Of a stretch of 64,000 bases of DNA, positions 12,358 to 22,857 are shown in pieces; position 1 is the stretch's first letter, and the number at the start of each line of letters is the position of its first letter. This DNA is from Halarcobacter sp. GTDB lineage: Bacteria; Campylobacterota; Campylobacteria; Campylobacterales; Arcobacteraceae. Location: the NCBI GenBank assembly GCA_963676565.1, contig OY781089.1, positions 2,816,001-2,880,000 on the forward strand. The letters are read 5' to 3'. The notes beneath the pieces are model-generated. The model searched no databases. It worked only from the letters and a program-made list of their open reading frames with translations, and was not told where the DNA came from. The translations under genes were made by a program, and so were the position numbers.

Positions 12358-13370
12358 TTTGTTTTCCTTTTTAAAGTTTCAATAAAATATATAAAAAGCA
12401 CTATGAAAATTGATAAAATAAAAGCTGTCAAAAATGAAACTATAACCATTAATTCTTTCTTTGTCTTTATTAAATTATTATTTAACTGAATGCTTCCTAC
12501 CACTTCACTATTTTTTGCACTATTGTTTGTTAATTTTAACTTTTCTAATTCTATTTGATCCTCTAAATCAGAAATTTGATTTTTTATATCAAACTCAAGT
12601 TTTCTTTTTAAATTTGGTATTTTTTCATTTTGAAGCTTTAAATACTCTTTATTTAAGTTTTCTATTGTATTTTGAAGATTTAATATTAGATTCTGATTAT
12701 TTAATATTTGCATTGCAAACAACATATTTTGTGTATCACTTAAACTTCTTCTTTTAGAAACATCATTAATATTATTTTGGTATTCTTTTAATTTTTCTTT
12801 ATTAAAGTTTAGTTTATTTTCTAAAAGTTTTAATGCTACATCTTCCAAAAACTTTATTTGTTCTTGAATTTCTATTTTATTTACCTTTTCAATAAATATT
12901 TTTCTTTTTTCTAATTTTTTAATTTTCAAATTTAACTTTAATATGTATTCATCTATTTTATACTTATATTCATTTACCAGAAAAGATACTACTTCTTTAT
13001 TTTTTAATACAGCTTGCTCTTTTGAATAGCTCTGTGTATATATTTCAAGAAAATTATTTACTTTTTTTACTGTTGTAATATTAGAAACAATAGCTTTTTC
13101 TTTTGAAATATGATTTTTATTTTCTACATCAAAAATAAGCTTTAATTTTTTTTCTAATACCTTACTATCTTCTATTAAATTTTCATTTAAATGACCTATT
13201 TTTACAACAGATTTGACTTCATAAATAGGAGATAAAGAAAAAGAGTAAATAATTGTTAATATAGTTATAATTGATACGAAAACAACTATAAATTTTCTTG
13301 ATTTCCATATTATCCTAAAGAATTCCTTTAAATCTATCTCATTTTCTTCTATATTTAGTTTGTCTTTCAA
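12354..13370 (-). CDS. wzz: O-antigen chain length determinant Wzz
   Basis: ENEIDLKE N-terminus, TM near each end, coiled-coil middle. Confidence 0.8.
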   Translation of the reverse strand: MKDKLNIEENEIDLKEFFRIIWKSRKFIVVFVSIITILTIIYSFSLSPIYEVKSVVKIGHLNENLIEDSKVLEKKLKLIFDVENKNHISKEKAIVSNITTVKKVNNFLEIYTQSYSKEQAVLKNKEVVSFLVNEYKYKIDEYILKLNLKIKKLEKRKIFIEKVNKIEIQEQIKFLEDVALKLLENKLNFNKEKLKEYQNNINDVSKRRSLSDTQNMLFAMQILNNQNLILNLQNTIENLNKEYLKLQNEKIPNLKRKLEFDIKNQISDLEDQIELEKLKLTNNSAKNSEVVGSIQLNNNLIKTKKELMVIVSFLTAFILSIFIVLFIYFIETLKRKTN

Positions 13371-13600
13371 TTTATTTTCCTCTTCTTATCATCACTATTC
13401 ATATCTCTAATGCAAATCTTATTTTTTATATCTTCTAGAATAGATTATAGTTACTATTATTGTAAAAAGTTTTTTCTTGTAGAATTTACATTTAAAGTTA
13501 TTTGAGAATCATTAGAAGTAAATGAAATTACATAATCAGCATTTACATATGTTTCTTTTAAGAAGCATACATATTTAATACCGGCTATGACAACTTTCAA
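13368..13600 (-). pseudogene. ugd: Heavily deleted UDP-glucose 6-dehydrogenase remnant
   Basis: AAGGA RBS and TTG at 13600; MKVVIAGIKYVC..KETYVNADYVI..NSTRKNF, stops, ..ILEDIKNKICIRD: collinear fragments resembling Ugd N-terminus, middle and C-terminus. Confidence 0.6.
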
Positions 13601-13652
13601 TTTATTTCCTTTTAAATGCAAAATTATTTATATAATAAAGTTATATTATATC

Positions 13653-14942
13653 CTATTTTAAATTATTAAAAGATTTACTTTTAATTTCAAATATATAGTT
13701 TTTAGAATTTGATAAAAATAATCCTAAAAAAAAGGCAAAAAGTCCTACAACTTTTGAGTTATGATAAATATTATCTGTTAAGCTATAAATTAAAAAAACC
13801 AAACTAAAAAGATATATAAAAAACTTAGTATTATTGTCAGTTTTTAATCTAAAAAGATAAATAAATATTAAAATAAATAAAATTAAAGCAAAAACCCCGC
13901 CATCTAGCCAAATTTGCAGATATTGATTATGGACGTGTGGTTCTTTAGTAATTGATAGTTTTTCAATGTCTGTATTTTCTATATAAGTAATGAACTTATG
14001 TCTAGTATCTCCCATTCCTAAACCAAATATAATATTTTGCGGACTATCAAATAAAAGAGAAAAACTAGTTTCATATAGACTTAATCTAATTCCCGTTGAT
14101 GTTTTATAATTATTTTCATTAATAATAGAATTTATATCAGAATAAACAGCATCAACTCTTTCCTTAAATTCATGACTAACATTATATGTACTAAAAATTA
14201 CAATACTTAAAGATGTCAATAAAATTATAACAACCTTTAAAAAATTTAATTTTTTTATACTAATCAATTTATTAGCTAATACATAGGCAAATAAACTTAA
14301 TATTATCAGATAACTATTTCTTCCACCAATTATAATAATATTAAGAATAAAAACTAAAGTAATAGAAACTAAAATAATTTTATAAAATAGTTTTGTATTA
14401 AACTTTGTGTAAAAATATATACAGGTAATTACACCTAAAGATAGAGAAAAAGAAGATGCAATTCTATGTAAACCAAAAGGTCTTCCTCTTTCGCCACGAT
14501 AAAAATCAAATGTAAGGCCTAAATAATATATAGAAAAAAAACAAAGTTGAATTAAAAATGCTATTAATACCCACTTTAAAAAATCTTTTTTTAATGATGT
14601 AGAAATAAAAATTGCCATTAGAAAATATTGAATAGGTTTATCAACTAAATACACATAACCATTTGAATACTTTGCATACCAAAATCCATTTTCAATACTT
14701 GAACTTAAAAAAGTTAATGAGAATAAAAAACAGCATAATATTAATAGATAAATTAGTATTATTTTTTGTTCATATAACTGATTAAATTTCTCTTTAAAAT
14801 TGCCTTCTATTATCCAAAGTAATGTAGCTAAATATATACATAATCTATGTAGTCCACTATCAACTAAAAAAGTTAAAGCAAAGACTATAAAGACTATATT
14901 TAATAATATTGATATGTAATTTTTATTTATTTTAAATTTCAT
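13653..14942 (-). CDS. waaL: O-antigen ligase family protein
   Basis: Multi-TM; GGRN, STGIRL, FGLGMG, HVHNQYLQ. Confidence 0.8.
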   Translation of the reverse strand: MKFKINKNYISILLNIVFIVFALTFLVDSGLHRLCIYLATLLWIIEGNFKEKFNQLYEQKIILIYLLILCCFLFSLTFLSSSIENGFWYAKYSNGYVYLVDKPIQYFLMAIFISTSLKKDFLKWVLIAFLIQLCFFSIYYLGLTFDFYRGERGRPFGLHRIASSFSLSLGVITCIYFYTKFNTKLFYKIILVSITLVFILNIIIIGGRNSYLIILSLFAYVLANKLISIKKLNFLKVVIILLTSLSIVIFSTYNVSHEFKERVDAVYSDINSIINENNYKTSTGIRLSLYETSFSLLFDSPQNIIFGLGMGDTRHKFITYIENTDIEKLSITKEPHVHNQYLQIWLDGGVFALILFILIFIYLFRLKTDNNTKFFIYLFSLVFLIYSLTDNIYHNSKVVGLFAFFLGLFLSNSKNYIFEIKSKSFNNLK

Positions 14943-16014
14943 TTTTATTTTTTTCTACATAATTAATAAATTTTTTTTTGATTTCGACTTTATCAAAACA
15001 TTTCGTATAATCTTCATGAATTTCAGGATAACTTATTAATGCTTTATTTATATTAATTGACATTTCTTCAGCATCATTAACTTTTGATAGATATTTACTT
15101 AACTTATTAATTAGAAGTTCCCTTGGACCAGTATCACAATCTGTACTTACAACAGGTGTTTTAAGAATTAAACTCTCTACAATTACTCTAGGTAAGCCTT
15201 CTCTATCTGAGCTTAAAACTAATAATTTAGCGTTTTTTATATAAGGATATGGATTTTGAGCAAATGACTTAAAAATAATTCTCTCTTTTTCAATATTGAA
15301 TTTTTTAATTAAATTTAATATATCTTTATTTTCAGCTGTACCAAGAAGGAAAAGCTTTATTTTTTTGTCTTCTATTTTTGAAAAAGCTTCTAATAAAATA
15401 TCTTGTCTTTTTTTCCTTATTCCTGAACCTATTTGTATAATATATTCTGTTTTTGGTATATCTACTTTTTCTAAAGCTAGTTGTCTAATTTTTTCTTTAT
15501 CAAAGGGATTATAAATTGTTTCAATTTTTTTAGGGTTAATAAATTTACATATGTTTTTTTCAGTATCTTTTGATATTGTAATTAAATTCTGATTATCAAA
15601 AAGTTTTTTGTATAATCTTTTTCTCTTTTTATATCTAAAAGATGATTTTTCTTTTAATGTTTCAAGTTCTTGTGAGATATCAACTCTCATATAAAATATT
15701 TTTGGAAGGTTTATAAATCTTACAATTTTTGCAGTAACTTCCATATGTGAAATAACTAAATCAACTTGAAGTTCATTCAATAACTTTTGAAGCTTTTTAG
15801 ATAAAAGATAATCCCCAAGTAAATCAAACTTTTTATATATTTTTTTATCTTCAGATAATGAATATGTTTTAATATCAGGTATATCATAATTCCTTTTATT
15901 CTCAAGTAAAATAAGATGATTATCAAAGGTATCCTCAGTAGCTCTTATTAAGTCAATAGTACTCCTTTGACCACCACCTTTTCCTAAATTCACAATTACA
16001 TGAGCAATCTTCAT
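14932..16014 (-). CDS. GT4 glycosyltransferase (LPS core)
   Basis: GGGQR; EGLPRVIVES; STDCDTGPRE. Confidence 0.85.
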   Translation of the reverse strand: MKIAHVIVNLGKGGGQRSTIDLIRATEDTFDNHLILLENKRNYDIPDIKTYSLSEDKKIYKKFDLLGDYLLSKKLQKLLNELQVDLVISHMEVTAKIVRFINLPKIFYMRVDISQELETLKEKSSFRYKKRKRLYKKLFDNQNLITISKDTEKNICKFINPKKIETIYNPFDKEKIRQLALEKVDIPKTEYIIQIGSGIRKKRQDILLEAFSKIEDKKIKLFLLGTAENKDILNLIKKFNIEKERIIFKSFAQNPYPYIKNAKLLVLSSDREGLPRVIVESLILKTPVVSTDCDTGPRELLINKLSKYLSKVNDAEEMSININKALISYPEIHEDYTKCFDKVEIKKKFINYVEKNKNEI

Positions 16015-17087
16015 ATTTCATTAACCAATTTTTCTAATTCTTTGTATACTGTTTCTTTTTTAAATTTATTAATATATTCTTCTTTAATTATTATATTAGA
16101 TTCTAATGCTAAATCAATTTTTTTAGCCATTTCTTCAGGGTTTTCCATAGGAACTAACCATTTTTCTAGGTCTTCTACTAATACTTCAGAAGGTCCAGTT
16201 GGACAATCTGTACTTACAACGGGTGTATCTAAAACTAATGATTCTACAACCACTCTAGGTAAACCTTCCCTATCAGAAGAGAGAACAAGAAGTTCAGCAT
16301 TTTTTATATATTTATATGGATTTTGTTTAAAACCTAAAATAATAACTTTATCTTCTAATCCTCTTTCTTTAATCATTTTTATAATTTTTGGTTCACTTTT
16401 AACAAGTAATAAAAGTTTAATATCATGTTTGATTAATTTAAAGGCATCAAGTAATACATCATGTCTTTTTTGTTTTTTAAATGCTGCAGGAGATATAATA
16501 TATTTATAGTTTAATTCAATATCTTCTTTACCCTTATTTCTTATTTCTTCAAAATCAAAAGGGTTATAAATCGTTTTTACTTCTTTATAATCAATTTTTA
16601 AATCTTTAAAGTCTTCAATCATTGCCTCTGATACAGTAATAAGTTTTTCATTTTTATATAGAAATCTATAAAGTTTTAACTTTTTAGTTGCTCTTTTTTT
16701 ACTAAATCTTTCTAATTCAGCTTTTAAAGACATATGAATTGTAAAATATTTATTATTATGTTTTAGTAATTTAACAACTCTATCAGCCCTTGGTAAATGT
16801 GAAAAAACTATATCAAAACTTACTTTTGTTTTTTTCATTTCTCTTTCTAAAATTTTCATATAAATATAATCACCAATTTTACCAAAGACTTTAAATGTAT
16901 TTCTATATTTTGTTAATGAAATTATAGGAAAATTAAACTCTGATACATCATAGCTTTTAGAATCTTCAATTAAAAACATATAAATATTATGACCATTTTT
17001 TTCTAGTATTTTAGCTCTATTTAAAACTGACTTTTGTGCACCACTACCTTTAAGATCAGTTATAACAATTGCAATATTCTTTTTCAC
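16011..17087 (-). CDS. GT4 glycosyltransferase (LPS core), paralogue of the neighbour
   Basis: GSGAQK; EGLPRVVVES; STDCPTGPSE. Confidence 0.85.
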   Translation of the reverse strand: MKKNIAIVITDLKGSGAQKSVLNRAKILEKNGHNIYMFLIEDSKSYDVSEFNFPIISLTKYRNTFKVFGKIGDYIYMKILEREMKKTKVSFDIVFSHLPRADRVVKLLKHNNKYFTIHMSLKAELERFSKKRATKKLKLYRFLYKNEKLITVSEAMIEDFKDLKIDYKEVKTIYNPFDFEEIRNKGKEDIELNYKYIISPAAFKKQKRHDVLLDAFKLIKHDIKLLLLVKSEPKIIKMIKERGLEDKVIILGFKQNPYKYIKNAELLVLSSDREGLPRVVVESLVLDTPVVSTDCPTGPSEVLVEDLEKWLVPMENPEEMAKKIDLALESNIIIKEEYINKFKKETVYKELEKLVNEI

Positions 17088-18073
17088 TTACAAATTACCT
17101 TTTTAATTTCATCATAAACTCGTTGAGCTGGCGAATAATCTATTTCATTAAACTTTTCATCTAAAGTTAAATTATCAATATCTTCTACACTCAAAGAGAT
17201 TAAATATTTCTTTTTTGTTAAATTATTCATAAAGATAGTAAAAATTTTATCAAGATTTTTATTTTTAGAAAATATTGAATATACTTTCTTTTTAGATAGA
17301 ACTGACTCAGTAATCATACTTCCACTATCTTCTGTACAAAATACTACATCAGAGTTTTTTAAAAAATATTTTACAACTTTTTCAGGTTTTTCATTATAAA
17401 AAACCGCCTTTTCAAAAAGTTCTTTTTTCTTAGACACTAATAATTTAATTTTAGATTCTACGTCAATTGGCGTCCTTCTTGAGGTAGTTAGAAATATCTT
17501 AAAATTTTTCTTTTCAGCTAATAAAGTCAACTTTTCTACAATAGTATAAAACTCATCATTTGTAAAATTGTAATTCTTTGTAGCACCACCAATTAAGATT
17601 GAAAAAAACTTTCCAGACAATTCTTTTTCTGCTATATCAATATTGATAGGAGCTATATCAACAAGAATTTCATTTTTAAAACCATTATCAACTATTGAAA
17701 CTATATTTGTAAAATGATTGGGTTTTAATCCTCGTAAAGAACTACAATAAAAATTTGGGATATTAAAATATCTTGAAATCAATATATTCAATAAAGCAGT
17801 ATCTCCACCTGTTGAAATTAAAAAATTATATTTTTTTGATTTATCAATTTGAAAATTTCTATATAATATTTTTATCAAAATAGAAATTATTGTTCTATTT
17901 AAAGGTAAAAAATTAACTAGATAAACTCCTATTTTCATCAAAGCCTTTATTCTTCTTTTTGCATAAACTTCATTAATTTTTAAATCATGTTTTTTTTGAA
18001 TATAACTTAATAGTCCTTTTGATATTGATTCATGGCCTGCTTTTTTATCAGTAACTAAAATTACATTTAGCAT
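17084..18073 (-). CDS. ELM1/GtrOC1-family putative glycosyltransferase
   Basis: DKKAGHES, LIGG, TTSRRTP, TEDSGSMITE. Confidence 0.8.
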   Translation of the reverse strand: MLNVILVTDKKAGHESISKGLLSYIQKKHDLKINEVYAKRRIKALMKIGVYLVNFLPLNRTIISILIKILYRNFQIDKSKKYNFLISTGGDTALLNILISRYFNIPNFYCSSLRGLKPNHFTNIVSIVDNGFKNEILVDIAPINIDIAEKELSGKFFSILIGGATKNYNFTNDEFYTIVEKLTLLAEKKNFKIFLTTSRRTPIDVESKIKLLVSKKKELFEKAVFYNEKPEKVVKYFLKNSDVVFCTEDSGSMITESVLSKKKVYSIFSKNKNLDKIFTIFMNNLTKKKYLISLSVEDIDNLTLDEKFNEIDYSPAQRVYDEIKKVICK

Positions 18074-18723
18074 TCTTTATACTTTTCATTTAATCTTTTT
18101 GCAATTAGATCATAACCTGCATCATTTATATGGGTTTCATCTAAGTAGAAATTATCTAAATTTTTTTCAAACTCATCATATAAATTAACTTTTTGACAAT
18201 TTTTATTATTAGCTGAAATTTCGTCTAAAATAGAGTTATATTCTTTTATATAAACATTCCTTTTTAAGTCTTTATTTGGAACTGTATCTATTAAAAAAAC
18301 CAGTTTATCTTTAGAGTCATTTACTATTTTTTCTATATTGTTTTTATATTCTTCAGGTGAAACAGAGAATTTACTACCTAAAAGAGTATTTAACCCCAAT
18401 GTTCTTGCAATTTTCTTATATTTTTTTATAAGCTTTCTTCCAAGTTTCCTAAAAAAATTGTCTGGATAATATAAAACATAAGGTGAATATTTAAATGTTC
18501 TCCATGAGTCAACCAAGCCATATTGAATTAGAATAATCTCAATCTCTTTAGACATATTGTCATTGTAAAAATTAATCATTTCTTTTGTTGTACTCATTGT
18601 ATATCCACAATTAATACATTCAAAATTTATTTGTTTTGCAAAACGCTCTGGAAAAGCGTTATTTCTAAAGTATACATCACCTTCTGTATTACAATCACCT
18701 AATGCAAGAATTTTTTTACTCAC
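18067..18723 (-). CDS. SGNH/GDSL hydrolase-like protein
   Basis: LGDCNT block I (Cys at the usual Ser), DETHIN DxxH. Confidence 0.65.
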   Translation of the reverse strand: MSKKILALGDCNTEGDVYFRNNAFPERFAKQINFECINCGYTMSTTKEMINFYNDNMSKEIEIILIQYGLVDSWRTFKYSPYVLYYPDNFFRKLGRKLIKKYKKIARTLGLNTLLGSKFSVSPEEYKNNIEKIVNDSKDKLVFLIDTVPNKDLKRNVYIKEYNSILDEISANNKNCQKVNLYDEFEKNLDNFYLDETHINDAGYDLIAKRLNEKYKEC

Positions 18724-19738
18724 TTTTTAATCCTTTATAAACTTTTATAGTTTCATCAACCATATTCATAACAGTAAAGTTATTTTTTGCAAATTCAAAT
18801 TTTTCTTTAAAATCATCTAGTACTTTATTATAATCTTGTTTAACAAAATTTATCTTTTTTATAATATCATTTACATTATTGAATTCTATAATATATTTAT
18901 CACCTAACATTTTTTTCATATCAGATACAGGAGTAGAAATAAAAGGTGTTTTGCAAAACATTGTTTCAACAAAAGTATATGGAAACCCTTCATTATCTGA
19001 ACTCATTACAAATAAAGATGAGTTTGAAATTATTCTTTTAACTTCAATATTATCTAAAGCACCTGTAAAAGTAATCTTTGAATCAACATTTAATTTTGAT
19101 GCTAATGATTTTAAATTATTTGACTCTGTTCCATCTCCAACTAAGATCAAGTGAACATCCAAACTTTTCATTGATTCAATTAAAAGTTCAAATCTTTTCA
19201 CTTTTGTAAACCTAGCAACACTGCAAATTATAAACTTATTTTTCTCTATATTATATTTTTTATATAAATCCAAATCAAGATTTAATGAATTATCAAAATT
19301 AATACCATTATAAATTGTTACTTTATTAGGATTTTTTAGATTTTCAGAAATTTTATCAGACACAGTTATGGCATAATCACTTTTTTCAAAAGCTTTTAAA
19401 TTTGATTTATAATTATGTAAAGTTGATACAACTTTTATGTCATTTATAAAAGCTCTTATTTTATTTACCATATCTGTAGCTTTATTAGCTTGAGTGTGAA
19501 CTATATCAAATTTTTCTTTTTTTAAAATTTTAAAAAGCTTATAAAGAATAAAAAAGTTGTTTCGCCCTCTAGATAAATCAAGAGGAATAAAATTTATATT
19601 TTTAAAGTGTGGAGCAAAATCTTTGTGAGCTATTACACTTATATCAAAGCCCCTTTTTTTTAGTTGTTTTGATAATTCAATTGTATGTTTTTCTAAACCA
19701 CCATCTTCATTTCCAGCTAAAACTTGGCATATCTTCAC
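18716..19738 (-). CDS. GT4 glycosyltransferase
   Basis: DGGLEKH; EGFPYTFVE. Confidence 0.85.
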   Translation of the reverse strand: MKICQVLAGNEDGGLEKHTIELSKQLKKRGFDISVIAHKDFAPHFKNINFIPLDLSRGRNNFFILYKLFKILKKEKFDIVHTQANKATDMVNKIRAFINDIKVVSTLHNYKSNLKAFEKSDYAITVSDKISENLKNPNKVTIYNGINFDNSLNLDLDLYKKYNIEKNKFIICSVARFTKVKRFELLIESMKSLDVHLILVGDGTESNNLKSLASKLNVDSKITFTGALDNIEVKRIISNSSLFVMSSDNEGFPYTFVETMFCKTPFISTPVSDMKKMLGDKYIIEFNNVNDIIKKINFVKQDYNKVLDDFKEKFEFAKNNFTVMNMVDETIKVYKGLKSE

Positions 19739-20553
19739 TTTTTTAATCCTCTAAGCCCTCTTCTTAGCTTTATTTTAAATGCACTCATATTATCTTTACC
19801 ACTAATTGTTATTCTTTTTAATTCGTAAATATTATCATCATTTATATTATCAATACCTTTTTGTGTAGTTGTTGCATTAGTATATCCACTGTTTTTCACT
19901 AATTGTATATCTATATTATCATATAAGCCAAAAGGGTAACAAAATGATCTACACTCAATATTGAAACTTTCTTCAATATTTCTTTTAGACTCTCTTATCT
20001 CATTTAATTTTTGTTCTTTTTGTAATGTTGGCAAGTTATCGTGAGTTAGAGTATGTGAACCAATCTCAATCAAACCTGACTCTATTAGTTTTTCTATTTG
20101 ATTATCACTTAATTTTGGTTCATTTTTCAACTCACCATCATTATTTTTCTTTTTTCTTTTTGAAGACCATTCTCTATCATGTCTGTCTATTACAATATAT
20201 ATTGTTGCTTTAGCATTATATTTTTTCAATACAGGAAATGCATTTGTAAAGTTATCTTCATAACCATCATCAAAAGTTATTGCAATTGATTTTTGAGGTA
20301 AATTATCTTTTTTTTCTATAAGTTCACCCATAGTAAAAAATGCCCACCCATTTTCAGATAAATATTTTATTTGTTTTTCAAATTCTATTGGATCAACTCT
20401 AAGTCCATTAAACTTAGCATTTTTTTTATGATTACTTACCATATGATACATCAAAATTCTCGGATAAGACAAGTCTACTGTCTTAGTCCACCATGCATAC
20501 CTATAAGAATAATATAAAATTATGAGAAGCATGATTATTAAAATATATTCCAA
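19735..20553 (-). CDS. Polysaccharide deacetylase (CE4), Acinetobacter Pda1-like
   Basis: N-terminal TM, ILMYH, ITFDDGY, GSHTLTH, FCYPFG. Confidence 0.85.
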   Translation of the reverse strand: MEYILIIMLLIILYYSYRYAWWTKTVDLSYPRILMYHMVSNHKKNAKFNGLRVDPIEFEKQIKYLSENGWAFFTMGELIEKKDNLPQKSIAITFDDGYEDNFTNAFPVLKKYNAKATIYIVIDRHDREWSSKRKKKNNDGELKNEPKLSDNQIEKLIESGLIEIGSHTLTHDNLPTLQKEQKLNEIRESKRNIEESFNIECRSFCYPFGLYDNIDIQLVKNSGYTNATTTQKGIDNINDDNIYELKRITISGKDNMSAFKIKLRRGLRGLKK

Positions 20554-20554
20554 T

Positions 20555-21640
20555 TTATAAAACCTTATTATATACTTTAATAGTTTTTTCTAGCATATTC
20601 TTCAATGAAAAGTTTTCGGAAATATATTTATATCCATCAAACTTTAAATCTTGAGCTTTTAATATATTTTCACACAATTTTTTTTCATCTCCAACTTCAA
20701 AGAAAAACCCATTTTCATTTTTAATTATAATATCTTTTACTCCACCATGATTTGTGGCAATTACTGGAGTATTTAAAGCTATTGATTCTGCAACTGCTCG
20801 TCCAAAACTCTCTGGCTTTTTTGAAGAACTAACAACAACATTAGTTAAATCATATATTTCAGCTATCTTACTTTGACTTCCAGTAAAAATAATATTTTCT
20901 TTCAAATCTAGTTCTTCTATAAGTTTTTTCAATGAATTTAGATATTCTTCTTTATCACTTCTTACTCCACCAACTATAAGACCAACAATATTTGATTTAT
21001 CGCTTTTTACTAAACTTATAGCTTTAATAAAAGTTTCATAATCTTTAAGCTGCGTTATTCTTCCAACACTTGTAACTACAAATTTATCTTTTAAATTGTA
21101 CTCTTTTTCAAAATTTCCTATAAAATCTTTATCTATATTTTGCGGATTAAAAACTTCTAAATCAATTCCCCTTGGAATAACTGTAATTTTATTTTTATTA
21201 GTGTTGTAATTTTTTTGAATATATTCTTTTATACTATTACTTACGCATATTACAGCATCCGCTTTTTGCATAATAGAACTATAAAATCCAACACTATTAA
21301 AACCATGAACTGTACTTACAGTTTTAAATCCAAGTGATTTATTAGCTAAAAAAACAAGCCAAGCAGGAACTCTACTTCGCACATGAATAATATCAGGTTT
21401 TAACTCTTTTAAAATCTTTTTTAATTTACTTACACGAGAAAATATTGTAAAAATGTTTTTAGAACACACATCAAATTTTATATGAGTTCCACCATCTTGC
21501 TCTATCTTATTTTCAAGTTTACCACCAGCACTAATAACAAAAGAGTCTAAACCTTCTTTTACATATTCACGATTAAGTTCAACAACACCTCGTTCAACTC
21601 CACCTTCATTTAGTTCTGGAAGTAACTGCACAATTTTCAT
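20555..21640 (-). CDS. GT4 glycosyltransferase, LpsB-like inner-core transferase
   Basis: QLLPELNEGGVERG, HVRSRVPAW, STVHG, PESFGRAVAE. Confidence 0.85.
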   Translation of the reverse strand: MKIVQLLPELNEGGVERGVVELNREYVKEGLDSFVISAGGKLENKIEQDGGTHIKFDVCSKNIFTIFSRVSKLKKILKELKPDIIHVRSRVPAWLVFLANKSLGFKTVSTVHGFNSVGFYSSIMQKADAVICVSNSIKEYIQKNYNTNKNKITVIPRGIDLEVFNPQNIDKDFIGNFEKEYNLKDKFVVTSVGRITQLKDYETFIKAISLVKSDKSNIVGLIVGGVRSDKEEYLNSLKKLIEELDLKENIIFTGSQSKIAEIYDLTNVVVSSSKKPESFGRAVAESIALNTPVIATNHGGVKDIIIKNENGFFFEVGDEKKLCENILKAQDLKFDGYKYISENFSLKNMLEKTIKVYNKVL

Positions 21641-21664
21641 AAAATAAATGACCTTTCTTTACAA

Positions 21665-22714
21665 TTACCTATAAAATTTTCTATACCAAAGAACAAACTG
21701 CTCAATGCCATCAGCAAGTTTTGTATCTGGCTTATAATCAAAATCTTTAATTAAATCATTTGTATCTGCATATGTTGATACTACATCTCCTGCTTGCATA
21801 GGGAGAAAATTCTTTTTAGCTTCTATTTCAAGTTTATCTTCTAATGTCTCTATAAACTCCATTAAACTTACTGGTGCATTATTCCCTATATTATATACTC
21901 TATACGGTGCACTTGAAATATCTGGACTTGGATTCTCAGCATTAAAATCTTTTGAAGATGAAGCTGGATTATCTATTACTTTTATAATACCATCTACTAT
22001 ATCTTCTACATAAGTAAAGTCTCTACTCATATTTCCATGATTAAATACTTTTATTGCTCTATCATTTAATATTGCATCTGCAAAAAGCATTGGTGCCATA
22101 TCTGGTCTACCCCATGGTCCATATACTGTAAAAAATCTTAATCCTGTACATTGAATTCCATAAAGGTGTGCATATGTATGTGCCATCATTTCATTTGATT
22201 TTTTAGTTGCTGCATATAATGAAACTGGATGATCTGTATGATCACTTGTTTTAAATGGTTGAGATTTATTTAATCCATATACAGAAGATGAACTAGCATA
22301 AGATAGATTTTTTACATCATTATGTCTACAAGCTTCAAGAATATTCATAAATCCTTTTATATTTGAATCAATATAAGCATGGGGATTTTCTATTGAGTAT
22401 CTAACCCCTGCTTGTGCTGCAAGGTTACAAACTGCATCAAACTTTTCTTTTTCAAACAATGCATTTATATCATTTGTATTAGCCAAATCCATTTTTATAA
22501 ATTTATGTTTTGGATATTTTGTACTACTTACAAGTTTATTAGAAGATATTTCTTCTTTTTTTATTCCAAGTTCTTCTAATCTTGCATATTTTAAATTTAC
22601 ATCATAATAGTCATTTATATTATCAAGTCCTATTACTTCATCACCTCTTTCTAAAAGTTTTAGAGCCAAGTGATACCCAATAAATCCTGCTGTTCCGGTT
22701 ACTAGTATTTTCAA
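21665..22714 (-). CDS. NAD-dependent epimerase (UDP-glucuronate 4-epimerase-like), copy 2
   Basis: Same motifs as 11302..12357. Confidence 0.9.
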   Translation of the reverse strand: MKILVTGTAGFIGYHLALKLLERGDEVIGLDNINDYYDVNLKYARLEELGIKKEEISSNKLVSSTKYPKHKFIKMDLANTNDINALFEKEKFDAVCNLAAQAGVRYSIENPHAYIDSNIKGFMNILEACRHNDVKNLSYASSSSVYGLNKSQPFKTSDHTDHPVSLYAATKKSNEMMAHTYAHLYGIQCTGLRFFTVYGPWGRPDMAPMLFADAILNDRAIKVFNHGNMSRDFTYVEDIVDGIIKVIDNPASSSKDFNAENPSPDISSAPYRVYNIGNNAPVSLMEFIETLEDKLEIEAKKNFLPMQAGDVVSTYADTNDLIKDFDYKPDTKLADGIEQFVLWYRKFYR

Positions 22715-22789
22715 GAAAACATATCCTTATTTTTTATAATTTCTAATATTAAATATTTAAAAACTTAATATATATCTAAAACTATGTAT

Positions 22790-22818
22790 ATTATATCTAA
22801 AACATTTTTAGATATAAT
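22790..22818. promoter_or_regulatory. Back-to-back sigma70 -10 boxes forming a palindrome
   Basis: TTATATCTAAAA-CAT-TTTTAGATATAA; TATAAT on minus (22790-22795) and plus (22813-22818) between divergent genes. Confidence 0.55.
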
Positions 22819-22857
22819 GTTTTTCCAAAATCGCCAATTTAAAGCTTAAGGATTTTA

